Positions 8,282 to 16,730 of a stretch of DNA of 42,498 bases are shown here, piece by piece (position 1 is the first letter of the stretch; each line of letters starts with the position of its first letter). Position numbers and translations under genes: made by a program. The stretch is from a virus (Duplodnaviria; Caudoviricetes). Under the pieces are notes generated by a model. The model was not told where the DNA came from. It saw nothing but the letters and a program-made list of their open reading frames with translations, and did not search any database. The stretch is from IMG/VR virus record IMGVR_UViG_3300033405_000377, positions 1-42,498 of that record; one strand, given 5' to 3'.

Positions 8282-11200
8282 AACGTTCCTAAGCTTCTTG
8301 ATTTTGTAATAAGATTCACTTTCTTTTCCCATTCGGTATATACCAGAGATGCATCTACTCCATTTGTCGCTAAATGGGTTAATAGCTTATTTGTTGCCGT
8401 CATCATTGCTTTGAGTTCCGGATCAGATGAAACGGAAGCTGCTCCGGATGCCTGAGCAGAAGATTGAGCTGTTGCAGCATTTCCAATCGAAATAAAGCCG
8501 CCATTCACATGCCCTGATATATGATTTTTGAAATATTTATTCATATCAAAACTAGCTACATTTCCACTTCGTTGCGCAATATCAATCATATTGATTACAG
8601 GTGCAATTGTTGGATTATTAACCGCTGCGTTTGATGCTACCCATTCTTTACTCGATCCTGTAGGCCCTTCACCGACCAATACAGTTGGTTTATCAACATA
8701 TCCGCGTTTGTCCGGATCATAAGTCGCATTGAACTGTTTACCATCTTGCGCCCTGGTAACATCAATGCTTCCTCCATCTTCAGCACCGGTAACAACACGC
8801 ACCCCCGTTGTATTATTTAGTGTCAAGGCTTTTACTTTTTCACGTTCGGCGTTAGCAGATACCAACTCCATAGCTCCGGTTGCACCAAGCATAACAGCGG
8901 CCGCCGTTCCGGCTATAGGACCTAATTCAGCATATCCTTGCATTATAGCCACAGCCGTATTAGCAACAATTTGAGATGCCTTAATAGCGAAATCGACATC
9001 TGCAGATTGTTTCTGCGCATCAAGTTTCGCCTGTGCTTCATTCTGCTCAATCTTTGCAATCTGTGCTGCATTTCCATTTGCCGCTTGTATTTGCTTTTGA
9101 TATTTTGCCTCTATTAAAGCCGTTTCCATATCGGAATAGGCAGAAGAAACGCCGGCTGTAAGCTGGATGAATTTTTGAGCTTGTTGAGCATATTCTTCAG
9201 CGAATTTCATTTTAAGTTTAAACTTTGCTTGCTCCGTCTGTTCTGTTGTCCATAATTCTTTAGACGCCGTATCTTCCAATGCTTTCAGTTCTGATGCCTG
9301 GACTTCAGTCATTGATGCAATTCCGTACTGTTGCTTTATCTGCAACCCTTCTTTTTCATATTTATCTGTTATCGCTTTACAAGCCTCTAAATAAGTAACC
9401 AGACTTATCAGATTAGCAGCAAGCAATTGTTTTTGGGCATTTAATTCTGCATTTTTTTTATCTTCGGATGTATATAAATCATACTTTTCACGAGTAGATT
9501 TTTCAGTATCAAGTTGGAGCTTTTCTAATTCGAGTAATGATTTACCGGCTACTGTCTGTGCTTTTGCAATACGTTTGTTTTGTTCGGTGATTAATTTTTC
9601 TTTATCGGCCCCGAAAATCATATTGGCGGCATTAATAGCAGCCAATGTGTTTTTCTCTTCAGCCACACGTTGCGCGTCAGCCGATGCCTGTATCTGCAAC
9701 GCCTTTACTTTATATTCAGGTTCTGACTCTTTTCCTTGTTCAAATCTGTCTTGGTTGGTCTGTTTTGCTGTCTCTTCAGTAATATCGACAAAGGTCAATT
9801 TTGTTTCACGATTTTTAGTGAGGTTTTCAATCAGTTGCTTTTGTTCCGCAAGCTGAAGTGTCAACATTTTGTTTTGGGCATCGAAAGCATTTTTAGTGCC
9901 ATCTTTTGCCAATGAAGCTTTCTGATTCCAAAACACTTCATCTATTTTCAACCTCGAATCATTGCCATTTTCGGCAAGGTTCAAAAAGAATTTTGCCGAA
10001 TTCATCTCTATTTCCTGCAACCGTTTATTATATTGTTCTTCTGATAGCTCACCCTCCAGATGATCTTTCATGGCAATATTTTTCATCTCCAGATCGAAGG
10101 TCTCTCTGGCTGCTTTAATTTCTTCAAATTCTTTATGCATAGCATCAGCTTCTTTTTTAGGATCTTTCTCAGTCTCTTGCCCAAATTTTGCAGAATAAAT
10201 TTGCTGTGCAATATCTACATATTTATCATTAGCTTCTTTATATTTAGCAATATAGGCTTTCAATTGCTTTTCAGTCATTTTGTTAAAATCATCCTGAGCT
10301 AATGTTTTTTTATTATTGTTTTCTATTTGCTCCTTCAATGAAGTCCCGTCAAGAGCTTTTTTTGCAGATTCCGCGGCCATCTTATCTGCTATAGATTTTT
10401 GATAAATCTTTTGCATTTCAGCCACTTCCTGTTCAGTGGCATCCCTTTCGTAAGTTTGCGCTCCACCTAAGGAAGACCCGGAACCCACTATTTGTTCTGT
10501 AACTTTAAATGTACCTGTTTTGGAAATTTCATCCATTCTTTTTTTGAACTGGTCAACCTTACTTGTAGCTTTTTCAATATCTTTATCAGCTTCTGTAATG
10601 GCTTTTGAATTCAAATATTTCAATGATTCTGCCTGTGCATTTATAAATTCACGAGCGCGTTGAGTGCTAATACTTATGGCGTTGCCGTATTTATCAAATG
10701 CGGAAGCGGCTCCCGGTATTTGTTCCGTAACTTGCTTCACAATAGAGCTCAACTCTTCGTGTTCCTTTTTGTTCAGATTTGTTTTTTTTGAAAGTTGATC
10801 GTAACGATCAAGCAATGGAGAAATATGTACCTGAAGATCAGATACTACATTTATCTGATCTTTAAATTGATCGGTTGCTGATTTTGTTTTTTCAAAAACA
10901 TTGGCCATACTTGTAGCCACATTGCTTAGAACTTCAGAGATGGCAGATTTAAGGGGTAAAAGCATTTGTCCCACTCTTAATTGAAAGTTCTTCATGGAGG
11001 CTTCGTATCGTTCCTGTTTATCCTGTGCAGTATCCTGATAATCCGCCGTTTTTTTTAGACTTTCCTGGATGATTTCAAAAGCAGCTTTACCAGCATCTCC
11101 GGTTTGAAGCATTTTGTTTTTAAGTTCGGTTGACGATATTCCTAACTGAACAAACCCTTTTACTGTATTTTTCCCAAATGCCTCAATTATTTTACCTTCC

Positions 11201-11976
11201 AGTTCTTCAAAGCTCTCACCTGTGTCATCAGACCTGTCTTTTACAAACTTTAGCATCTGTCCAAGATTATCAAGAGGAATTTTAAAATGATCGGCTTTTA
11301 CAGCTTGTTGCATTAAATTGATGCTATCAACGGTGCCATCAGTAGCTTCTTTTAGTTTATCAAGCAAATGAGGATCATTTATTTTATCAAAGGCTCTCTG
11401 GATTCCTTCAGTTTTAGCCGCCAGTTCCAAACCACCTTCTACAAAACTTCCTATTTTATCAAAAATACCTTTTGCAAAATCAACAAATGATTCTCCGATT
11501 GCAACTCCTTTTGCAATCATGAAAGAGCTAAATCCTTTTGCTTTATTAGCAATTTGATCCAAATTTCCAACCCCTTCGTTCATTTCAGAAGATAATTTTG
11601 ACTGTTCAGTACGAACGCGTTTCATTGCTTCTACAATTGCATCCCATTCTTCGGAACCACGCGCAATTTCTCCGGAATTCAATTGTCGCCCTAATGAGGA
11701 TAAAGCTGCCTGTAGTTCTTTTGGTTTTGCCGACGAAAGATTGTCTAAAACAGTATTCACATCAAACAAAGATTTTTGGACAGCTCTTATTTCTTTATTT
11801 GTATCCTGAAATGATTTTTTTGCTTTTCCAAAAGCCTTATCATCGCCGGCTTCATTGGCATCAATCATTGCTTGCTTATATTTCAGAGCTTGTTGCTCTA
11901 ACATTTTCAGTTCTTCGCGGGCCTGTTGTCCGTTGACTGTAGTTATTACTTCGCTTTGTCGTGAAACTTGATCCAT
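8278..11976 (-). CDS. Tail tape measure protein
   Basis: About 1230 aa, helical and A/K/E/Q-rich, with hydrophobic AxxG segments near the C-terminus. Start taken at MDQVSRQ, downstream of a promoter motif. Confidence 0.88.
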   Translation of the reverse strand: MDQVSRQSEVITTVNGQQAREELKMLEQQALKYKQAMIDANEAGDDKAFGKAKKSFQDTNKEIRAVQKSLFDVNTVLDNLSSAKPKELQAALSSLGRQLNSGEIARGSEEWDAIVEAMKRVRTEQSKLSSEMNEGVGNLDQIANKAKGFSSFMIAKGVAIGESFVDFAKGIFDKIGSFVEGGLELAAKTEGIQRAFDKINDPHLLDKLKEATDGTVDSINLMQQAVKADHFKIPLDNLGQMLKFVKDRSDDTGESFEELEGKIIEAFGKNTVKGFVQLGISSTELKNKMLQTGDAGKAAFEIIQESLKKTADYQDTAQDKQERYEASMKNFQLRVGQMLLPLKSAISEVLSNVATSMANVFEKTKSATDQFKDQINVVSDLQVHISPLLDRYDQLSKKTNLNKKEHEELSSIVKQVTEQIPGAASAFDKYGNAISISTQRAREFINAQAESLKYLNSKAITEADKDIEKATSKVDQFKKRMDEISKTGTFKVTEQIVGSGSSLGGAQTYERDATEQEVAEMQKIYQKSIADKMAAESAKKALDGTSLKEQIENNNKKTLAQDDFNKMTEKQLKAYIAKYKEANDKYVDIAQQIYSAKFGQETEKDPKKEADAMHKEFEEIKAARETFDLEMKNIAMKDHLEGELSEEQYNKRLQEIEMNSAKFFLNLAENGNDSRLKIDEVFWNQKASLAKDGTKNAFDAQNKMLTLQLAEQKQLIENLTKNRETKLTFVDITEETAKQTNQDRFEQGKESEPEYKVKALQIQASADAQRVAEEKNTLAAINAANMIFGADKEKLITEQNKRIAKAQTVAGKSLLELEKLQLDTEKSTREKYDLYTSEDKKNAELNAQKQLLAANLISLVTYLEACKAITDKYEKEGLQIKQQYGIASMTEVQASELKALEDTASKELWTTEQTEQAKFKLKMKFAEEYAQQAQKFIQLTAGVSSAYSDMETALIEAKYQKQIQAANGNAAQIAKIEQNEAQAKLDAQKQSADVDFAIKASQIVANTAVAIMQGYAELGPIAGTAAAVMLGATGAMELVSANAEREKVKALTLNNTTGVRVVTGAEDGGSIDVTRAQDGKQFNATYDPDKRGYVDKPTVLVGEGPTGSSKEWVASNAAVNNPTIAPVINMIDIAQRSGNVASFDMNKYFKNHISGHVNGGFISIGNAATAQSSAQASGAASVSSDPELKAMMTATNKLLTHLATNGVDASLVYTEWEKKVNLITKSRSLGTL

Positions 11977-11992
11977 AATCGGGTATTTTTCA

Positions 11993-12028
11993 CGAAAGTA
12001 TAAACAACCTATAAGTCGAAAAAAGACA
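11993..12028 (-). promoter_or_regulatory. Putative late promoter copy 1 (TMP operon)
   Basis: TGTCTTTTTT...TACTTTCG. The G of GTC (12027) is 27 nt from the first base of the -7 box (12000). Confidence 0.7.
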
Positions 12029-12058
12029 AAAAAAACCGACAACTTATAAGTTGTCGGT
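12028..12058 (-). terminator. Rho-independent terminator ending the lysis operon
   Basis: ACCGACAACT-TATA-AGTTGTCGGT followed by a T-run on the minus strand. Confidence 0.8.
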
Positions 12059-12134
12059 GATTAAATTCCATCCTATTCTACCCATTTCTCATTCTGGTAT
12101 ACACTTCTTTTGTTCTTAAATGGCTAAAATGAAT

Positions 12135-12716
12135 TTAAAACTTGTAATAGCCTCCGATTTCATAACCTGTTGTTTTGAAGTTGTTCAAATACTTCACACT
12201 CACACCCACATCATAGTAATAGATTCCCACGCCGGCACCAAAATACCCTGAATTATAAGACCCTAAGACGAACGGCGTAAGTACTCGCTTTTTTTCAATA
12301 GTTGTTTCTTTGTGAATTGGAGTGAAAGAGCAATCAAGTTTTTGAAGCAAATTATATTGTACTTCTGCCCCAACAACCAGTTTCCCATTATCATTATCAA
12401 ATAACAGTTTCTGATAGCTGTTCTTTGTGATATAGTTTTGAATTATTTTTGCCGTGTCAACCTTCGAGAAAATAAACTTCACAATAGAATCTCCCTTTAT
12501 CTTCACTCTGACAGTGTCATGCTTTACTGGATAGTTTGGATTATCCGGTATTTCGGAATGATCCGGTGATAGTTGCTGTGAGTAGATCGTGTCGGTGACC
12601 GTTTTCCCCTTCACAGCAACCGTTTTTATTTTCACATCAGATGTTTGCCTGCCGGCAAAGAAACCTATTGCAAGTAAAACCATGCCCGCAATTAATAGTA
12701 ATTTCCAGTTTTTCAT
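12135..12716 (-). CDS. Lysis-cassette membrane protein, candidate spanin
   Basis: True start likely MKNWKLLLIAGMVLLAIGFFAGR (TM segment). The C-terminus has alternating beta-strands ending GYEIGGYYKF. Confidence 0.6.
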   Translation of the reverse strand: MKNWKLLLIAGMVLLAIGFFAGRQTSDVKIKTVAVKGKTVTDTIYSQQLSPDHSEIPDNPNYPVKHDTVRVKIKGDSIVKFIFSKVDTAKIIQNYITKNSYQKLLFDNDNGKLVVGAEVQYNLLQKLDCSFTPIHKETTIEKKRVLTPFVLGSYNSGYFGAGVGIYYYDVGVSVKYLNNFKTTGYEIGGYYKF

Positions 12717-12718
12717 TA

Positions 12719-12949
12719 TCAATCGTTTTTTTGAGAGAGTTGAGCCGTTCCGGCAATAGCCGCACACGCTGCAACTGCATAGCTCAACACAGAGATCAAT
12801 GTAGTGTTCAGATTTAACCCCATGATCGCATTTGCAGTCACCACTGCCGCCGCCGACCCGCCGACTTTGAGGGCGACTTTCTTTAATTTCAAGAAGAAAG
12901 GCGGGGATTCCGCCTTCCATCTTTCTAAAACAGTTTTAATCGAATCCAT
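12719..12949 (-). CDS. Small two-TM holin-like protein
   Basis: RWKAESPPFFLKL followed by two hydrophobic segments; located in the lysis cassette. Confidence 0.55.
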   Translation of the reverse strand: MDSIKTVLERWKAESPPFFLKLKKVALKVGGSAAAVVTANAIMGLNLNTTLISVLSYAVAACAAIAGTAQLSQKND

Positions 12950-12951
12950 GA

Positions 12952-13302
12952 TTAAGCTTGAGTGTCGGGGGCAGCTGCTGTGGGAGCCGGCAACGCATTG
13001 ATTGCATCGATTTGAGCTTGCAGATCAGTTGCCTGTGCTTGTGCGGCGGTCAACTGGATTTGTTTGTCCGAAAGATTAATGTTCGTATCAAACAGACTTA
13101 CTACTGCCACATCGTCAAAGGAAGGGGTTTTAGCTGTACCAACAGCATACAAATCGACGGTACCGTCGTCATTCAATTTTGCAACATAGGTTGTTTTTGC
13201 GTCCATGACTTTTTTGTTTTTGAAATGTTTATAAATGCCGATGACTACAGTGTCACCGACGAGAATTAATAAAATAATTGTGATTAAAATAATGTAGTTC
13301 AT
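12952..13302 (-). CDS. Hypothetical protein (N-terminal TM, C-terminal coiled coil)
   Basis: MNYIILITIILLILVG... An alternative start MDAKTTY is at 13206. Confidence 0.55.
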   Translation of the reverse strand: MNYIILITIILLILVGDTVVIGIYKHFKNKKVMDAKTTYVAKLNDDGTVDLYAVGTAKTPSFDDVAVVSLFDTNINLSDKQIQLTAAQAQATDLQAQIDAINALPAPTAAAPDTQA

Positions 13303-13306
13303 ATGT

Positions 13307-13561
13307 TTACTTGTTTTCAAATACCCGTTCGCTCCAACCTTTATAGAATTTCCAATTTGTCGGTTTTTTCTGGCATAACCGGTAATATTTCAAAAGAGTT
13401 TCGTACTTGTAAATTTCAATGAACTGGTCTGCGGTCATAACAGGTCTGCGGTTCAGAACTGCGATAGAATCCCGTAAAATCTTCACAGAATCTACCTTAA
13501 CCGGATGCTGTCCAAATGCCATAACAGGCACGAATAATGCCAATAAAATCAATTTTTTCAT
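13307..13561 (-). CDS. Hypothetical protein with signal peptide
   Basis: MKKLILLALFVPVMAFG; overlaps the endolysin stop. Confidence 0.65.
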   Translation of the reverse strand: MKKLILLALFVPVMAFGQHPVKVDSVKILRDSIAVLNRRPVMTADQFIEIYKYETLLKYYRLCQKKPTNWKFYKGWSERVFENK

Positions 13562-13998
13562 GTTAATGCGTTTAGTTTTGCGATAAGGATATTCGATATT
13601 TTACCCGTCTGAGGCAACCCGACAATGCTCTCAGCTCTTGAAACCGCTGAAGTGATGCCTTCTAAAACGGCTTTGTCAACCAAAAGATTAGCGATTGCCT
13701 GGTTTTGAATCGAATTTCCAAGCAAGGGTCGCCAAAAGTTTCTATTATAGAAATCCAAAATCATTGCCCTAATATTTAAATTACCGGCTAACGAGGCAGG
13801 GAAGCCTGGTTTTTTCTTTGCAGAATCAACGTATAGCCAAATCGCCTCGTTACCCCAGTTGTTGCGCGAAATTCCCGCAATGGTTTCACCTCCTGCATCG
13901 GCAGGGTCATTCACATATCCGCTTTTGCCGTACTTTTGAATATATCCCTCGGAAGTAAGTACGGGGTCTATTGCTTGTTCAAAATTTGCCATAATCAA
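13558..13998 (-). CDS. Endolysin, glycoside hydrolase family 108
   Basis: EG...GYVNDPADAGGETIAGIS and FYNRNFW motifs. Confidence 0.9.
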   Translation of the reverse strand: MIMANFEQAIDPVLTSEGYIQKYGKSGYVNDPADAGGETIAGISRNNWGNEAIWLYVDSAKKKPGFPASLAGNLNIRAMILDFYNRNFWRPLLGNSIQNQAIANLLVDKAVLEGITSAVSRAESIVGLPQTGKISNILIAKLNALT

Positions 13999-14501
13999 TT
14001 TATTTTAGGTTCATTTTTACGCTCTCTTTCTTTTAAAAATCTCTCTAATTTCGGGATTGCTTTAATATATTCTGCAGAAAGGAACCATAATATATAACGG
14101 ACAAAAATGCTTCCAGGAAATATTCTTTGCAAATTTTCAAAATTGGAAACAGTTTCGATCCAGGTGAAAAATAATGAGATGAAGAATATTGCCTTGATCG
14201 TTACGAAGCGACAAGAAGCGTCTAAATATGTAAGAAAAGACCCGATGATCATACTCATTGCGATGGTTCCGGCATATGTCGCCATCTTAGCAGCTGTCCA
14301 TCTCATTTTTTTGCTTCGTAATCGTTTTTCGCCTTCGCAAATAGAGGCTATATAGCCGGTACAAAAATCAAGTATAACAACAATAAGGCAAAGCATTAGC
14401 GATACGGCAACATAGCCGACACATCCGAACATGATCGAATACACTGCCGTGAAAGAGTAACTAAGAGCAGCTAATATGCGTTTTCCTTCTATAGAAGTCA
14501 T
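13995..14501 (-). CDS. Phage holin family protein (multi-TM)
   Basis: LDFCTGYIAS...SKKMRWTAAKM...IETVSNFENL matches the phage holin 4-1-like pattern; directly upstream of the endolysin. Confidence 0.85.
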   Translation of the reverse strand: MTSIEGKRILAALSYSFTAVYSIMFGCVGYVAVSLMLCLIVVILDFCTGYIASICEGEKRLRSKKMRWTAAKMATYAGTIAMSMIIGSFLTYLDASCRFVTIKAIFFISLFFTWIETVSNFENLQRIFPGSIFVRYILWFLSAEYIKAIPKLERFLKERERKNEPKIN

Positions 14502-14698
14502 AATATCTGATATGTTAATATTGCCATACCGGCATCTGTAATAGTCGCACCGGAAATCGTCATTTTACTTCTAAAATAGTTTTTCGGCGGAATTATTCCC
14601 GTGTCGATATCCGTTCCACTAATTTTCATTTTAGTGCCGAAATAATTTTTTGGAGGTATCTCGCCACAATCGAGTGTTGTCGCTATTTTCAATGTCAT
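14498..14698 (-). CDS. Small protein with a 21-aa internal duplication
   Basis: GEIPPKNYFGTKMKISG / GIIPPKNYFRSKMTISG; coupled to the holin start. Confidence 0.65.
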   Translation of the reverse strand: MTLKIATTLDCGEIPPKNYFGTKMKISGTDIDTGIIPPKNYFRSKMTISGATITDAGMAILTYQIL

Positions 14699-14704
14699 AA
14701 CCGT

Positions 14705-16459
14705 TTATTGATCGTAGTCCGCACAGTAATGTCCGTTTATTTCTCTTCTAAAATATTGCAACGTAACAGCATCTGCATAATAATTAGTAGTATCTGCAAC
14801 GAGCGTAATAAACTCCTGGTCGGCGTTTGTAATCGCCCAGGCATCGTAGTACGCTATTTTATCTGTAATCACTTGTGTATCTCCAAAGAGAACAGTTGTC
14901 CCGGCTGTTTTCCCGTAGGCATTCCCGGCTTTATAGTATAACATTTGAAGATCACCAAATAGCGGCATAGAAAAACGCGGAAATGACGTTGAAGGGGTAG
15001 TTAGGTTATCATAAGGCTGTATTTCTACAGACATCATCACATCCGCTAATACTTTTTTCACGACAGTGCCATTCCCTTCGTTCATCAATGTGAAATTCAT
15101 CACTGAACTATTAGTGAAAAAGAAATAGTCCGGCAGATATTGAACCCCATTGTATAATATGGCATTAGCAATATTTTTTGCTGAATTACAAACCTTATAC
15201 AAGGTATTTACTTCTAAAGCGGCACTTTCACCCAATGCAGTCGGATCAACCAGATTTTGATATTTACCGAAAAAGAATCCGAAGGGACTCCCATCATCAA
15301 CAATACATCCGGCTCCTTTGAGTTTGAATCCATTTTTTACGAAAATGGTAGTAATATCTCTTACTCTATTCCATGTTTGTGAAGATGTTGTGCTGAAAGA
15401 TAGATCATTATCACTTAACAACATCAATGTTCCCGCAGCAGTGTCATCCGACCCATCTGTATTGACATTGATAACGTTTCCAAAGGTCATTGGAAGCGCA
15501 GGTTTATAAAATCCCACATAGCTACCTGCTGATGAAGCATACAAAGCCTCATTCGCAGAATCAGGATTCAACGAAAAATCCGCAACAGACCCATCCGAAT
15601 TATATCCGTTGAAAATATTCGGATTTGTTCCTCCATTCCTTTGCTCCAAAACAATTTTACAAGTATCATTGCCAAATGAGTCAACATAAAACACTTGATT
15701 CATGACAGAGTCAGGGCAACCGGCTGCTAAGTAGGAATTGCGTAAAAGTTGCATGTTAGCCTTTGAATCATTCGTCCATATAGGCTGTGCTATCGGGGTT
15801 CCTGCAAACGAAAATCTGCAATCGCTTGGGAATACACAATATTTATTCTGCCAACTTACAGCAGGATATGTTAATAACCTAGTTGAATAATCAGTAATGT
15901 TGAATGACTTTATGATTATTGAATCTATATTAGCTACATAACCTCCAGATAAGTAATTGGCGTTACTTGATCCATAGTCATAACCACCTAATGTACAGTT
16001 ATTTGAACTTGACCCACCCCAATATCCCGGGAAATCCCTAGTTACCCCATCAAAAAAAGTATATGATTTATTATCTGGGTCAGTTTGATTCGTATAAGTT
16101 GATGTACCTGTTACGATTATGTTTAATGGCTTACAATTATATGGATAAACGTCAGTTGTACAATTTGAGATTTGATTTACAGATCCACCATAATTACTAA
16201 ATATAACTACCTGATTAATATCATCACCACTGACATAACCCCCCGTATAATATTCATTTAATACCCCCCTAAATAGAATAAATTGACTTACTGTTTTAGC
16301 TTTAGCAAAAGTCTTAAACGGATGTAAATGAGTTCCGTCACCCGTATAATCATCACCTATATATGAATGCACAAATGCAAAATTAGTATCATTGCATAAC
16401 TCGGTCCCACCCATAAACGAAATTGTCTGTCCGTACGATTTGAATAGATTAGAAGCCAT
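14705..16459 (-). CDS. Putative tailspike / receptor-binding protein
   Basis: Start MASNLFK. GDDYTGDGTHLHPFKTFAKA resembles the cap motif of right-handed beta-helix proteins. Follows the tail fibre gene. Confidence 0.5.
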   Translation of the reverse strand: MASNLFKSYGQTISFMGGTELCNDTNFAFVHSYIGDDYTGDGTHLHPFKTFAKAKTVSQFILFRGVLNEYYTGGYVSGDDINQVVIFSNYGGSVNQISNCTTDVYPYNCKPLNIIVTGTSTYTNQTDPDNKSYTFFDGVTRDFPGYWGGSSSNNCTLGGYDYGSSNANYLSGGYVANIDSIIIKSFNITDYSTRLLTYPAVSWQNKYCVFPSDCRFSFAGTPIAQPIWTNDSKANMQLLRNSYLAAGCPDSVMNQVFYVDSFGNDTCKIVLEQRNGGTNPNIFNGYNSDGSVADFSLNPDSANEALYASSAGSYVGFYKPALPMTFGNVINVNTDGSDDTAAGTLMLLSDNDLSFSTTSSQTWNRVRDITTIFVKNGFKLKGAGCIVDDGSPFGFFFGKYQNLVDPTALGESAALEVNTLYKVCNSAKNIANAILYNGVQYLPDYFFFTNSSVMNFTLMNEGNGTVVKKVLADVMMSVEIQPYDNLTTPSTSFPRFSMPLFGDLQMLYYKAGNAYGKTAGTTVLFGDTQVITDKIAYYDAWAITNADQEFITLVADTTNYYADAVTLQYFRREINGHYCADYDQ

Positions 16460-16728
16460 TATTGAACCTCCTTTATAGTTAGATTGAAGTTGGAACAAGC
16501 CCAGTTTGATGAATCCTGATAGATATATACCGGTGATACGGTTACTGTAAGTTGACCGGTGGTAACGGTGTAAGATACCGGGCGTTGATAAGCGTCTAAG
16601 CTATCAGCTTTCAATTTTGCGTTAATTTGATTGCTGACATTTGAATTATACCAATTTTGAAAAGCAGTCGTCTGACTTGATAGCGGTTTGCTTGCATCAA
16701 ATTGAACTGTATCTGTTATCTGTATCAT
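16459..16728 (-). CDS. Hypothetical protein in tail fibre cassette
   Basis: Tightly packed between the fibre and spike genes. Confidence 0.7.
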   Translation of the reverse strand: MIQITDTVQFDASKPLSSQTTAFQNWYNSNVSNQINAKLKADSLDAYQRPVSYTVTTGQLTVTVSPVYIYQDSSNWACSNFNLTIKEVQ

Positions 16729-16730
16729 AA

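Noticed and set aside
12717-12920. N-terminal 68 aa of the 261-aa ORF call
   Set aside because: Overlaps the 76-aa holin-like gene in another frame; the start at 12716 gives a clean TM N-terminus.
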